This document shows positions 35,171 through 49,200 of a DNA stretch of 64,000 nt, piece after piece. The notes under the pieces are model-generated. The model made no database searches and was not told the origin of the DNA. It saw nothing but the letters and a program-made list of their open reading frames with translations. How positions within the stretch are numbered: position 1 is the first letter of the stretch; each line of letters begins with the position of its first letter. Both the position numbers and the translations under genes were made by a program. This DNA comes from Malacoraja senta (Eukaryota), in the NCBI GenBank assembly GCA_038087875.1, contig JAXLNO010000221.1:1-64000 (forward strand), given 5' to 3'.

Positions 35171-37113
35171 TATCTGGACTTTCAGAAGGCTTTCGACAAG
35201 GTCCCACATAAGAGATCAGTATGCAAACTTCAAGCACACGGTATTGGTGGTTCAGTATTGATGTGGATAGAGAACTGGCTGGCAGACAGGAAGCAAAGAG
35301 TAGGAGTAAATGGGTCCTTTTCAGAATGGCAGGCAGTGACTAGTGGGGTACCACAAGACTCAGTGCTGGGACCCCAGCTATTTGCAATATATATTAATGA
35401 TTTGGACGAGGGAATTGAATGCAACATCTCCAAGTTTTCGGATGACACGAAGCTGGGTGGGTGAGTGGGCAAATGCATGGGAGATGCAGTATAATGTGGA
35501 TAAATGTGAGGTTATCCACTTTGGTGGCAAAAACAGGAAAGTAGACTATTATCTGAATGGTGGCCGATTAGGAAAAGGAGATGCAACGAGACCTGGGTGT
35601 CATGGTACACCAGTCATTGAAAGTAGGCACGCAGGTGCAGCAGGCAGTGAAGAAAGCGAATGGTATGTTAGCATTCATAGCAAAAGGACTTGAGTATAGG
35701 ATCAGGGAGGTTCTACTGCAGTTGTACAGGGTCTTGGTGAGACCACACCTGGAGTATATACGTACAGTTTTGGTCTCCTAAGGACTTAGGACCGAGATGA
35801 GAAAAACATTTTTCACACAGAGAGTGTTGAATCTGTGGAATTCTCTGCCACAGAAGGTAGTTGAGGCCAGTTCATTGGATATATTTAAGAGGGAGTTAGA
35901 TGTGGCCCTTGTGCCTAAAGGGATCAGGGGGTATGGAGAGAAAGCAGGTACAGGCTACTGAGTTGGATGATCAAGGATGATCAAGGAACAAGGATATGGC
36001 GGACCGGAACAAGGATATGGCGGACCAATTGAATAACTACTTTGGTTCCGTCTTCACTAAGGAAGACATAAATAATCTGCCGGAAATAGCAGGGGGCCGT
36101 GGGTCAAAGGAGATGGAGGAACTGAGTGAAATCCAGGTTAGTCGGGAAGTGGTGTTGGGTAAATTGAATGGATTAAAGGCCGATAAATCACCAGGGCCAG
36201 ATAGGCTGCATCCCAGAGTACTTAAGGAAGTAGATCCAGAAATAGTGGATGCATTAGTGATAATTTTTCAAAACTCTAGATTCTGGAGTAGTTCCTGAGG
36301 ATTGGAGGGTACCAAACGTAACCCCACTTTTTAAGAAGGGAGGGAGAGAGAAAACGGGGAATTACAGACCAGTTAGTCTAACATCGGTAGTGGGGAAACT
36401 GCTAGAGTCAGTTATTAAAGATGGGATAGCAGCACATTTGGAAAGTGGTGAAATCATTGGACAAAGTCAGCATGGATTTACGAAAGGTAAATCGTGTCTG
36501 ACGAATCTTATGGAATTTTTCGAGGATGTAACTAGTAGAGTGGATAGGGGAGAACCAGTGGATGTGTTGTATCTGGACTTTCAGAAGGCTTTTGACAAGG
36601 TACCACATAAGAGATTAGGATACAAACTTAAATCACACGGTATTGGGGGTTCAGTATTGATGTGGTTAGAGAACTGGCTGGCAAACAGGAAGCAAAGAGT
36701 AGGAGTAAACGGGTCCTTTTCACAATGGCAGGCAGTGACTAGTGGGGTACCGCAAGGCTCAGTGCTGGGACCCCAGCTATTTACAATTTATATTAATGAT
36801 CTGGACGAGGGAATTGAAAGCAACATCTCCAAGTTTGCGGATGACACTAAGCTGGGGGGCAGTGTTAGCTGTGAGGAGGATGCTAGGAGACTGCAAGGTG
36901 ACTTGGATAGGCTGGGTGAGTGGGCAAATGTTTGGCAGATGCAGTATCGTGTGGATAAATGTGAGGTTATCCACTTTGGTGGCAAAAACGGGAAGGCAGA
37001 CTATTATCTAAATGGTGGCCGATTAGGAAATGGGGAGATGCAGCGAGACCTGGGTGTCATGGTACACCAGTCATTGAAAGCAGGCATGCAGGTGCAGCAG
37101 GCAGTGAAGAAAG
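35171..37113 (+). mobile_element. Two CR1 ORF2 segments; the second ends at the Gypsy LTR
   Basis: RT motifs [30 protein letters not shown]; breaks at QAVKK. Confidence 0.92.
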
Positions 37114-40100
37114 TGTAAAGAATCTATAACGAGGCATCGTTACTTTACTATCTTTATTCATACTGGAGCATTACATATTGCACTAGCTGTACGTGTTCTG
37201 TCACAGGAACTAGAGAGCGATCTGTGGGTGGGGAGGTTGTAGTTATACTTGTGATATGGGGAGTGGTTAGTAGGTATGAGGTCACTATGTTAAAGGCACA
37301 TGCATATATCATCTACATCCTTCCCCTTCGAAACGACAGGCAAATACAATGGTGACAGGGCGACCACGGCTCATGCGCTAGGACAGTTAAACAAAATCGC
37401 CATAGCGGACAGGCGGTTTGACAAGACGTCCCGACCGGGTACGCGTCTCGCCATCCTCCCTTCCGGCAGGAGGAAGAGGCACCGATGGGGGCAGACGAAC
37501 CTGAAAGGGGGAAACGGGAGGAGACGGAGGAGACCGCGGCACCAAACCCGGAGGTGATGCGGGATCAGGAGCGGGCAGAGCGCGGGCAGGCGAGCGAGGA
37601 CTAGTCGCAGCAGGGTGGGACGGAAGGAGTTGAGGAGGTGTAGATCGTTGCATGTTAGGAAGGACGGGCAGATCAACGCCCGGACGCGAACCCGGCAGTG
37701 GGAGAGCAAAGGGATCCGCGGCAGGAGGACGCGGCTCGTTGACGAGCCAAAGGTGCTGGCGGGACCGTCGGTAAATGGCTCCCGCATGGTCGACGAGATA
37801 AGACCTGGGCGACCCCGCTGAGCCGACGACAGTAGTGAGCTTGGAGTGACCGGAAGTGGTCTGCATACGGACAACTTGACCGGGGAAGAGGCGCGGGAGT
37901 GCGTGGCAGGACCTGTCATGGGAACGCTTCTGGACATCGTGCCTGAAGGCAACGCGTTTCTGAACCGCAGCAGGCGTGAGGACAGACGGTACGAGGGAGA
38001 GCTGGGCCACAGGGAGCGGGAGTCTGGTAGCGCGAGACATGAGCCGCTGAGCAGGGGAACCCATGGCAGAGTCGCGGGAGATGTTGCGGAGGTTGAGGAG
38101 GGCCAGATAGAAATCGGAGTTGGATAAACGACATTGTTCCAGCAAGCTCTTTGCACTGCGGACGGTGCGCTCGGCCAGACCGTTGCTTTGCGGGTACTCC
38201 GGGCTGCTGGTGAAATGGTGGAAGTTCCATCTGGAAACGAAAGCTTTAAACTCGGAGCTCGTAAACTGGCTGCCATTGTCCGACTGCAGGCTTGCCGGGG
38301 GGCCAAAAGTGCAAAAATGATGGCCTAACCTGTCGATGACGGCCGATGAGGTTAGGGAGTGCAGCCGGTCGACCTCGAACCAGCTGGAGTAGGAGTCAAC
38401 GAGAACCAGGAAGCGTTTGCCCCGCCACTCGAAAATGTCGACGGCAACCGCCATCCAGGGCAGTTCGGGGGCAGGCTGCTGCAGAAGCGGCTGACGCTGC
38501 TGGTGGGGGGCGAGACTGTTGCAGGTGGAACACGAGGAGACCCTCTCCCGGATGTATTGGGCCATACCAGGCCAATAGAACTGGCTCTGGGCGTGAGACA
38601 CGGTGGCTTCGGCCCCAGGATGTCCGCGGTGAGCGACCTGAAAATAGTGGTCGTGCAGGGCAGCAGGCACGACCACCTTGTGACCCTTCACCACCACGCC
38701 GTCGTGTAATAGGAGCTCATCACGGACCAGGAAGTAGGGCACGGCGCCAGCCGGCAACGCGGAACGACGGTCGGGCCAGCCCCGCTGGATGACGGCAGAA
38801 AGCTGTTGCAGGGCAGGGTCATTGGCAGTGTGTTCAACCAGGGACTTCATCTGCTGTGAAGGGACGATGTTCACTTGGAGAACCATCAGATCAGACATCT
38901 CATAGGGGTGGCGAACGGTGGACGTTAGCGGGGCGCGAGACAACGTGTCGGCCACGAACATGTCCTTGCCCTTACGATAAACCACGTTGAAAGTGAAGCG
39001 CTGGAGCTGCAGCATCATGTGCTGCAGGCGGGATGAGGCAACATGGATCGACTTGTTGAGAATGGTGACAAGCGGCTGGTGGTCAGTTTCAATGGTGAAA
39101 GTGTTGCCCAGGACGTAGTCTTTGAATTTGGAGCAGGCAAACACCACGGCCAGTAGCTCCTTCTCGATCTGCGCGTAGTGCTGTTCGGTGGCGGTCATGG
39201 TGCGGGATGCGAAGGAGACAGGCAGCTGTAGGCCGTCATGGACCTGGAGACAGGCGGCACCGAGTCCGAACTGGGAGGCGTCGCAGGTTAGGACAATGGG
39301 ACGCTGCAGGTCAAAAGGCTTGAGTGTGGGGGTACTGATTAGCTTGGATTTAAGGATGTCGAAGGCTTTCTGGTGGTGGGGGAACCAAACCCAGGACGTG
39401 TCCTTTTTTATCAAATCCCTCAGGGGAGCGCTGAGCTCGCTGAGGTCGGGGATGAACTTCCCCAGGTAGTTCACCATGCCCAGGAAGCGTTGTTGGCCTG
39501 CCACATCAGTAGGAGAAGGCATCCCGGAAATGGCAGCCGTTTTTTGCGGGTCGGGTTTCAGCCCCTCGGCGGTGAATACATGTCCAACATAGGTGACCTC
39601 TGGGACGCGAAATCGGCACTTCTTGGGGTTCAGTTTCAAGTTGATTTCCCGGGCCCAGTCTAGGACTGGCGGAGGTTGAAGTCATGTTCGGCGACATCCT
39701 TACCGTAAACGAGGATGTCGTCAACGATGATGGCGCACGGTAGATCGGTAAACAGCTGTTCCATTGTCCGTTGGAATACCTCGCTGGCAGAGTTGATTCC
39801 GAATGGCATTCGGAGAAACCGAAATCTGCCGAAGGGGGTGGCGAAAGTTGTCAAGATGGAGGACTGCTCGTCAAGTGGTATTTGCCAGAAGGAGCTTTTG
39901 GCATCGAGGACAGAAAAAACCGTTGCCGGACCAACCTGTGCAGCGACTTCCTCTACCGTTCTCATAGGGTAGTGTGGGCGTTTAATGGCCAGGTTGAGGT
40001 CTTTGGGGTTGATGCAAATGCGTATCTCGCTTTTGTCCTTTTTCGCGGCAACAACCATGGTGGAGACCCACCTGGTGGGCTCGATGACCGCCTTTAGGAT

Positions 40101-41858
40101 GCCCATTTTTACCATGCTGTGTAGCGTCGACTCCACTCTGGCCTTCATGGCGAAGGAGACACGGTGAGGTGCATTGACCACTGGTTCGATCTTGCGGTCT
40201 ACTGCAATCTTGTAGTTGCAGGGCAGTTTGCCCAGCTCATCATCAAAGCGGTCGGGGTATTCGGCCAACGGGTCCATGAGGGCCTGCACCTGGTGAATGT
40301 CACGGTGGAAGGATACCAGGCCCATTTCCTGGCATGCTTGGATACCCAACAGGGTAATACATTTTTGATCGAGGAGATAGAAAGTGAGGGGCCGAGAGGA
40401 CTCCAGTATCTTGCAGCTTAGCGTAGCCTTTCCCACAGGAGTAAGCACCCCTCCCCCGTAAGCATGCAAAGTTGAGCTGTCAGAAAAAATCTGCTCATTA
40501 GTTCTTATCTTGTTGAAGAGTGTTGTTGACATAACGTTCGCAACCGCCCCGGTATCAATCTTAGCAGTGAAGGTCGAGTTGTTCACAGTTACTCGAACTG
40601 AAGGGTCTGTTATCATAGCAGGTGCGTCCAACACAGTAAACAGGCTTTTCTCCCCCCGAGAGGAGTCGGATTCAGATACAGACTGTCCGTCGAAATAGCA
40701 CGGGGAGCTGAGCTCACTATCAGCTTGTACCAAGTTGTTTAAAATGCACCTCGGAGCAGCGAAAGGCTTCCCACGGGAACGACAGGCCGCAGCGAAATGG
40801 TTCAATTTCTTGCAGACATTACACGTTTTACCCAAGGCAGGGCATACATTGTATTGATGAGTGGTGAAGTTACAATTAGGGCACCTTTGCCGGGCACGTC
40901 CCCCGGGAGCAGTTCCGAACCCCGGGACACGTCCCCCTTGAGCAGTGAGCGACCCCGGGGGTCGCGACCAGGGCGTGTTCATCAGACGGCTGGAAGTGCT
41001 GGCAAGGTTAATATCATGGTCAGCCGGTGACACCGCCGAGGTGACAGCCTCAGCCAAGCGAGTGGCGTGCATTGCATCGTTAAAAGTCAGATCGGGCCTC
41101 CGCAAAAGTTCGGCCCTGAGCTTATCGTCGCGGAGACCGTAAACCAGAAGGTCCCTAATAATCTCCTCGGGGGTCAGCGTGTTGAGGCGGCACCGCCTGG
41201 CCAGGTGCCGCAGCGCAGCGACATAGTTCTCTGCAGATTCCCCAGGGAGCTGACGCCACGCGAACAGTTTAAAACGTTCTAAGATGCAGTTTGTTGGAAT
41301 GTCACAAATAGCAATAAACTTAGCCACCAGACATACCGGGTCCCGAGCAGATTCTCCCTCAGCGTAGACGAAGAAGTCTGAGCGAGCAAGGGCCTCGGGA
41401 CCAGCCAAGTTGAGAAGCAGAGAGGCTGTGAGCTCTGGGGTGGCGGCAGGATGAGCGATTGTGACATAGTGGTCAAAGTCACGTTTGAAGACATCCCATC
41501 GATGGGCAATGTCAGAATCGAAAACGAGCACATCAGGCTTACGGGCAGAAGTGGCCATAACGAGGAAATGAGAAGGTTGGGGAAACAAAAAACTGGGACA
41601 AAATTAAATGATAAACCGATAGACAGGAGGGGCAAGGTAAGAGGTATGACACCATGTAAAGAAGTTCTAACGACACATCGTTACTTTACTATCTTTATTC
41701 ATACTGGAGCATTACATATTGCACTAGCTGTACGTGGTCTGTCACAGGAACTAGAGAGCGATCTGTGGGTGGGGAGTTTGTAGTTATACTTGTGATATGG
41801 GGAGTGGTTAGTAGTGATGAGGTTACTATATTAAAGGCACATGCATATATCATCTACA
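37114..41858 (-). mobile_element. Gypsy/Ty3 LTR retrotransposon (probably Mag-like), nearly intact
   Basis: 204-bp TG..CA LTRs at 37114-37317 and 41655-41858; PBS-like TGGTGTCA next to the 5' LTR; PPT AAGGGGAAGGA next to the 3' LTR; domain order gag-PR-RT-RH-IN. Confidence 0.95.
37387..41558 (-). CDS. Gypsy gag-pol polyprotein split by one frameshift near 39665
   Basis: CCHC knuckles (CPNC..H..C, CNVC..H..C), protease IDTGA, RT LDAKSSFWQ and IVDDIL, RNase H CDAS and TDHQPL, integrase HHCC, SDNG and SNGLAER. Confidence 0.9.
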
Positions 41859-41985
41859 GGGTCCCAGCACTGAGCCTTGCGGTACCCCACTAGTCACTGC
41901 CTGCCATTCTGAAAAGGACCCGTTTACTCCTACTCTTTGCTTCCTGTCTGCCAGCCAGTTCTCTATCCACATCGATACTGAACCA
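41859..41985 (-). mobile_element. CR1 RT fragment abutting the 5' LTR
   Basis: [23 protein letters not shown] on the minus strand. Confidence 0.9.
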
Positions 41986-43070
41986 TGTGCATTGATAAAT
42001 TTATGCAGGACTTTGGGATCAGAGTGATAATTTATGAGCTTCAGTGGTGCGAAGGATGGGGCAAGCACATCTAGTGTCCCATTCAATCATGCAATGAAGG
42101 CTTTGCTCTCAAAAGCAGTTGTTGGAAAAACACATTCTGGAAATCCCCATTTAAAAGCTCTTAGTGCCTTTGTACGATGATCCAGTATCCTGTTACTAAT
42201 TCCTTACAAAAGACCTCAACCCATTTTGTGATGACAGGTTAGCCTAGCCACCTTAGTGATGGACTTGCCATCTCCCTTCTTTCTTGAATAAAGGAGGTAC
42301 CATTGAAGTCTACAAATGTCCTCGACGAAGATGGGTTGGGGTGATAGCCGCGTTTTTAAAATATGGATTTCCAGATTTTTTTTAACCTGGCAGCAAACAT
42401 TATGATAATCATCCCAGCAAGAACTTTGGTTGAGTGCTACACTTTATTTCGTAATACTCAGCAGAGGACATCATCACATTGCGGAATAAACTAACTTAAG
42501 AGAAAGCTTTAGTACCACTTTACTCAATCTAGATAGTTACACAACACTAAAGAAAGTAGACACAATCCACTGACTTACAACCTTAAGATCAGAGAACGGA
42601 GGTTGGTTTGCACTGCATCTGCTCATCTTTAAATACCATCTGCTGATTGCCCCAATTTTTCTAACTAGGCCTTCAGTTGAATGCATCCTCCCCTATTAAA
42701 GGCACTGGAGGAACTGCTCTAGTAATCTTGATTATAAGCCTACATAAACCACAGCATCCAGGCAAGAGAGATTATAGAAGAAGGGTTTCTGCCCGAAACG
42801 TTGCTTATTTCCTTCGCTCCATAGATGCTGCTGCACCTGCTGAGTTTCTCCAGCATTTTTGTGTACCCAAGAGAGTTTATAGATGCTGGTAATGCCAGTA
42901 TAAAAGAAGGCATCCATCTTGTTCATATGCTTATACATTTTGGAATATAAATTTATTCTGGACAAATTAGCTATTCATGGTTCCACCAAAGGCAAGATTT
43001 GAAAATCTTGTCTAGTGCCATATGCTATGTCTGAAATTATTATCTTTGCATTTGGTTATAATCACATTTA

Positions 43071-44388
43071 TCTATAAGATGTCTGACGAATCTTATAGAA
43101 TTCTATAAGATGTCTGACGAATCTTATAGAATTTTTCGAGGATGTAACTAGTAGCGTGGATAGGGGAGAACCAGTGGATGTGGTGTATCTGGACTTCCAG
43201 AAGGCTTTCGACAAGGTCCCACATAAGAGATTAGTATACAAACTTAAAGCACATGGCATTGGGGGTTCAGTATTGATGTGGATAGAGAACTGGCTGGCAA
43301 ACAGGAAGCAAAGAGTAGGAGTAAACGGGTCCTTTTCACAATGGCAGGCAGTGACTAGTGGGGTACCGCAAGGCTCAGTGCTGGGACCCCAGCTATTTAC
43401 AATATATATTAATGATCTGGATGAGGGAATTGAAGGCAATATCTCCAAGTTTGCGGATGACACTAAGCTGGGGGGCAGTGTTAGCTGTGAGGAGGATGCT
43501 AGGAGACTGCAAGGTGACTTGGATAGGCTGGGTGAGTGGGCAAATGTTTGGCAGATGCAGTATAATGTGGATAAATGTGAGGTTATCCATTTTGGTGGCA
43601 AAAACAGGAAAGCAGACTATTATCTAAATGGTGACCGACTAGGAAAAGGGGAAATGCAGCGAGACTTGGGTGTCATGGTACACCAGTCATTGAAAGTAGG
43701 CATGCAGGTGCAGCAGGCAGTGAAGAAAGCGAATGGTATGTTAGCTTTCATAGCAAAAGGATTTGAGTATAGGAGCAGGGAGGTTCTACTGCAGTTGTAC
43801 AGGGTCTTGGTGAGACCACACCTGGAATATTGCGTACAGTTTTGGTCTCCAAATCTGAGGAAGGACATTATTGCCATAGAGGGAGTGCAGAGAAGGTTCA
43901 CCAGACTGATTCCTGGGATGTCAGGACTGTCTTATGAAGAAAGACTGGATAGACTTGGTTTATACTCTCTAGAATTTAGGAGATTGAGAGGGGATCTTAT
44001 AGAAACTTACAAAATTCTTAAGGGGTTGGACAGGCTAGATGCAGGAAGATTGCTCCCGATGTTGGGGAAGTCCAGGACAAGGGGTCACAGCTTAAGGATA
44101 AGGGGGAAATCCTTTAAAACCGAGATGAGAAGAACTTTTTTCACACAGAGAGTGGTGAATCTCTGGAACTCTCTGCCACAGAGGGTAGTCGAGGCCAGTT
44201 CATTGGCTATATTTAAGAGGGAGTTAGATGTGGCCCTTGTGGCTAAAGGGATCAGAGGGTATGGAGAGAAGGCAGGTACGAGATACTGAGTTGGATGATC
44301 AGCCATGATCATATTGAATGGCGGTGCAGGCTCGAAGGGCCGAATGGCCTACTCCTGCACCTAATTTCTATGTTTCTATGTTTCTATC
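43071..44388 (+). mobile_element. Young 5'-truncated CR1 with open 3' part of ORF2 and tail
   Basis: 377-aa uninterrupted frame to the stop at 44289; (TTTCTATG)n tail. Confidence 0.95.
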
Positions 44389-44699
44389 CTGCCAGATATG
44401 CATAATTTACAGTTAAAGGAATTTTAAGTATTGCTACGCTTGAACAAATTGCTTCTTCTGCTGAAAAGTTATGTAAAGAGCTCATTAAGTCACAAAACCC
44501 TGAAACTATCTATATTTTAAGCAGATAACCCATCATTCCACTGCTTTCAATTTATGATAAGCCAGCCCAAATAACTCAGGTCAGGCAGTATCTCTGCTGA
44601 ACATGGATGGGTAACATTTTGGGTCGAGACGTTTCTCTTTTACTCAAATATTTATTTGCCATTTATTAACCCCAGACTTCTGCAGATATAGAAAGCATT

Positions 44700-45130
44700 T
44701 TATAGAAAGCATTTTATTAGGATGCATCACAGCTTGGTTTGGGAACAGCTCCATCCAAGTGCAATAAATTGCAGTGAATTGTGGACGCACCCCAGACACA
44801 AACCAACCTCCATTCCATTGACTCCATTTATACCTCATGCTGCCTCGGCAAGGCCAGCAGCATAATCAAGGGTGAGTTGCACCCTGGCCACTCCCTCTTC
44901 TCCCCTCTCCCATCAGGCAAAAGGCATAGAAGTGTGAAAACACACACCTCCATATTCAGGGGCAGTTTCTTCCCAGCTGTTGCCAGGCAACTGAATCATC
45001 CTACCACATAGAGAGCTGCCCTGAACCACTATCTTCCACATTGATGACCCTCGCGCTATTATTGATCGAACTTTGCTGGCTTTACCTTGCACTAAACATT
45101 ATTCCCTTATCTTGTATCATCTATGCACTG
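44700..45130 (+). mobile_element. Rex1-like 3' fragment
   Basis: KASSIIKGELHPGHSLFSPLPSGKR..SFFPAVARQLN. Confidence 0.7.
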
Positions 45131-45984
45131 TAAATGATTTGATTTGAAAATATTACCAGGGATGTTTGAGGCCACATAATCAATCTAATATCACACCTCT
45201 GGTATTCCTCTCCTTTCCAAATAAAATTACTCTCCTTTCCAAATAAAATGTTGAGGTTTGGAGAAGAGTAATATTGCTGGAAACTAAATTGACCTTTGGT
45301 GTTGTTGTTATTGATGTAACATTCAAGAGCACCATCAACAATCTTCACTTTGATGATGAAGTACACCAATGGGATTGAAGACAATAAACTGCAACTGCTG
45401 GAATCTGGAATATAGAACGTAGAACAGTACAGCATAAACTCTAGCCCACAAAGTTTGTGATAAACATGATGCCAAGTTGAACTGATCTCATCTTCCTGTA
45501 CATGAGCCATATCCCTCTATTCCTTGCACTTCCATTGGCCCATCCAAAAGCCTCTAAACGACACTGTTCTCTGGAATGTCAGAGGTTGAATGGAGACTTG
45601 ATAGAAGTATATAAAACTATGAGAGGCATATATAGGGTAGAAAGTCAGAACATTTTCCACCCCAGGGTGGAAAATCTCAGGAAGTAGAGGCGCTGATGTG
45701 CTTTCTTTATAGTTGTCCAACACTAGATGGCATAAGGAGAGAGAGGGAAGGTTTAATGGGGATGTGCCGGGCTTTTTTTTTTTTTTTTTTCAAACGGTGG
45801 AATTTGGAACACATTGCCAGGTTGAGGCAGATATGATTGTGGCATTCAAGATGCTTTTAGACAGGCACATGGAAGCACAAGGAACAGATGGATATGGTTC
45901 ATGTACAGGCAGATGAGATCAGTTGAACCTGGCATCATGTTCGGCACAAGGGTCCATTCCTGTGCTGTACTCATCTATGTCCTC

Positions 45985-46110
45985 AAGTCAAGTCATGAGA
46001 GTTTATTGTCATGTGTCCCAGATAGGACAATGAAATTCTTGCTTGCTGCAGCACAACAGAGTATTGTAAGCATAAATACAGAACAGTTCAGTGTGTCTAT
46101 ATAGCATAGA

Positions 46111-46145
<35 letters not shown>

Positions 46146-48140
46146 GGCTGTTATAGTTCAGAGTTTGTTTGATGGCGAGTTTAATAGCCTGATGGCTGGG
46201 GGAAGAAGCTGTTCTTGAACCTGGATGTACCAGATTTCAGGCTCCTGTACCTGATGGCAGTGGAGAGATGAGTGTGTGGCCAGGATGGTGTGGGTCCTTG
46301 ATGATGTTGGCAGCCTTTTTGAGGCAGCGACTGCGATAGATCCCTTCGATGGTGGGGAGGTCAGAGCCGATGATGGACTGGGCAGTGGTCACAACTTTCT
46401 GCATTCTTTTCCGCTCCTGGACGATCAAGTTGCCGAACCAAGCCACGATGCAACCAGTCAGCATGCTCTCTACTGTACACCTGCAGAAGTTCAAGAGAGT
46501 CCTCTTTGACATACTGACTCTCCGTAAGTCTTCTCAGGAAGTGTGCTTTCTTTATAATTGCATCAGTGTACAGGGACCAGGAAAGATCTTCGGAAATATG
46601 CACGCCCCCGGGAATTTGAAGTTCTTGAACCTTTCCACCATCGTCCCGTTGATATAAACGGGATTGTGGGTCCCTATCCTACCCCTTCCAAAGTCTACAA
46701 TCAGTTCCTTGGTTTTGCTGGTGTTGAGAGCCAGGTTATTGTGCTGGCACCATTTGGTCAATCAGTCGATCTCACTTCTATACTCTGACTTGTCCCCATC
46801 AGTGATATGTCCCACAACAGTGGTGTTGTCGGCGAACTTGATGATGGAGTTCGCACAATGTCCAGCTACACAATCATGAGTATAGAATGAATACAGCAGG
46901 GGGCTGCGCACGCAGCCTTGAGGTGCTCCCGTGCTGATTGTTATCGAGGATGACACATTTCCAACAATACGGACAGACTGTGGTCTGTGGATGAGGAAGC
47001 CGAGGATGCAATTTCAGAGGGATGCGCAGATACCCAGATCTGAGAGCTTGGTATATTATCCACCGTTGATCTGTTGTGGCGGTAAGCGAACTGCAATGGG
47101 TCAAGGGTCTTGTCGAGGTGGGAGTTGATTTGCGCCATAATCGATCTCTCAAAGCACTTCATCACCACAGACGTTAGTGCCACTGGTCGATAGTCACTTG
47201 CTCTTCTTGGGCACCGGTATTATTGATGCCCTTTTAAAGCAGGTGGGAACCTCAGACCTCAGAAGTGAGAGGTTGAAAATGTCCGCAAAAACTCCAGCCA
47301 GTTGGTCCGCACAGGTTTTTAGAACACGGCCGGGTATACCATCAGGTCCAGGTGCTTTCCGAGGGTGCACCCCCCTGAAGGATCTTCTGACGTCAGCCTC
47401 TGTGACTGAAATACCATCATGGCAAATGGGGGCTCGGGAAGGCTCAGTTTTCTCCCTATCAAAGCGTGCGTAAAACGCATTGAGCTCGTCAGGGAGTGAT
47501 GTTTCGCTGACAATTGTGCTGCCTCCTGATTTCGTCTTGTAGGAGGTGATGGCATTCAAGCCCTGCAACAGTTGCCGAACATCCGTCTCATCCTCCAGCT
47601 TGGAGCAGAAGTCTCTTTTGGCCTTTTTGATGGGCTTACCATGGTCGTATCTGGACTTCTTGTAGAGCTCTGCATCGCCAGACCTGAATGCCCGGGATCT
47701 GGACTTCAGAAGAGTGCAGACCTCATCGTTAATCCAAGGATTCTGGTTAGGAAACACTTGGAAGGTTTTTGTTGGGACGCAGTCCTCCACACATTTCTTT
47801 ATGAAGTCTGTAACTACTGTGGTGTATTCATTCAGGTCCGTTGCCAAGTCCCTGAACATTGCCCAGTCTACAGACTCCAAACAGTCCTGGAGTTGTTCCT
47901 CTGCCCCCGCCCCCCCCCACCCCCCAACCCTGATCAGCTCTGTGCAGTCCTCACCTCTGGGGGTGCGCTCTTCAATTGCTGCCTGTAGGCAGGAAGCAGC
48001 AGCACCGCAGTATGGTCAGATTTACCGAAGTGAGGGCGAGGGATAGAGCGATAGGCGTCTTTGATGGTCGTGTAGCAGTGGTCGAGGGTGTTTGATCCTC
48101 TGGTGCTGCAGGAGACATGTTGGTGGAAGTTAGGGAGCGA
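45985..48140 (-). mobile_element. Rex1/Babar-like LINE (APE end, RT, 3' end), decayed
   Basis: [53 protein letters not shown]. Confidence 0.85.
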
Positions 48141-48779
48141 GTTAGATGTATCTGACTCCACTACCACTGCTTGCAATGCATTCCAGGTCCCCACTTTGAT
48201 GTTAAAAAACAAAAATTGCCCCACACATCTTAAACTTTTCCCTCTCACCTTATACCGATGCCCTCTAGTGGTGCACATTTCTACCCTATTTCCCAAAACA
48301 GATTCTGACCCAAAACATAGTGTTGGCATATTATTGTCACGTGTACTGAGAAACAGCGATTTTCTTTTCCTTTGCGTACAGAATGATTTGACTAGCTCAA
48401 GTGCTATCAAGCCATACATATGCACAACAGGCAGTGCAGAGAAAAAGTGTTACAGTTATAATGTTACAGCTACAGAGAAAATGCAAGTAAAAGCGGCTGG
48501 GAGATCAGAATCACACTCTTGGCTTACAAGAAATCAAACAGTAGCCTGATTACACTGGGGAAGAAGCAGTTTCTGAATGTGGTGGTACCTGCTTCCAAGC
48601 TATTGCATCTTCAGCATAATGGATGAGGGAAGAGGGAATGACCACAGTGTAAGTGGTCCTTGATTATGTTACCTGCTTTTCCAAGACAACAAAATATAGA
48701 AGGAGTTGATGCGGGTGGGGGAGAAATGACTCGCCCCTTTGCCTCCACAGATGCTATATATATTATATAATATTATTAT

Positions 48780-49200
48780 AACAGCAGAGGTCCCAGCAGA
48801 GATCCCTGTGGTACTCTACTGGTCACCGACCACCAGCATATTGTCCTTCCACCACAAATCTGTCTTCTGTCAGTAGGCCAGTTCCGAATCCATACAACCA
48901 AGGTATTGTTAATACCATGTACTCCAATCTTCTGGATCAGCCTACCATGGGGGGTACCAAATGCCTTACTAAAATCCATGTAGACAACATCCTCCGCCCT
49001 ACCTTCATAAATTACCAGGGTCACATGCTCTAATCTCAATCAAGTTAGTTAATCACGACCTGTCGTGTACAAAACCATTCTGACTTGTTCCCAATTAAAC
49101 CATTCTCCTCCAAATGGGAGCAAATAGCTTCCCTACCACTGATGCGGGGCTCACTGCCAATAATTCCCTAGGTTCATTTTACTTCCCTTCTTAAAGGACA
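48780..49200 (-). mobile_element. Old CR1 RT fragment
   Basis: DVVYMDFSKAF..PHGRL..VPQGSLLGPLL. Confidence 0.75.

Noticed and set aside
37371..38306. 311-aa overlapping ORF in Gypsy as an env-like gene
   Set aside because: Alternate frame of the GC-rich integrase region with no signal peptide or transmembrane pattern
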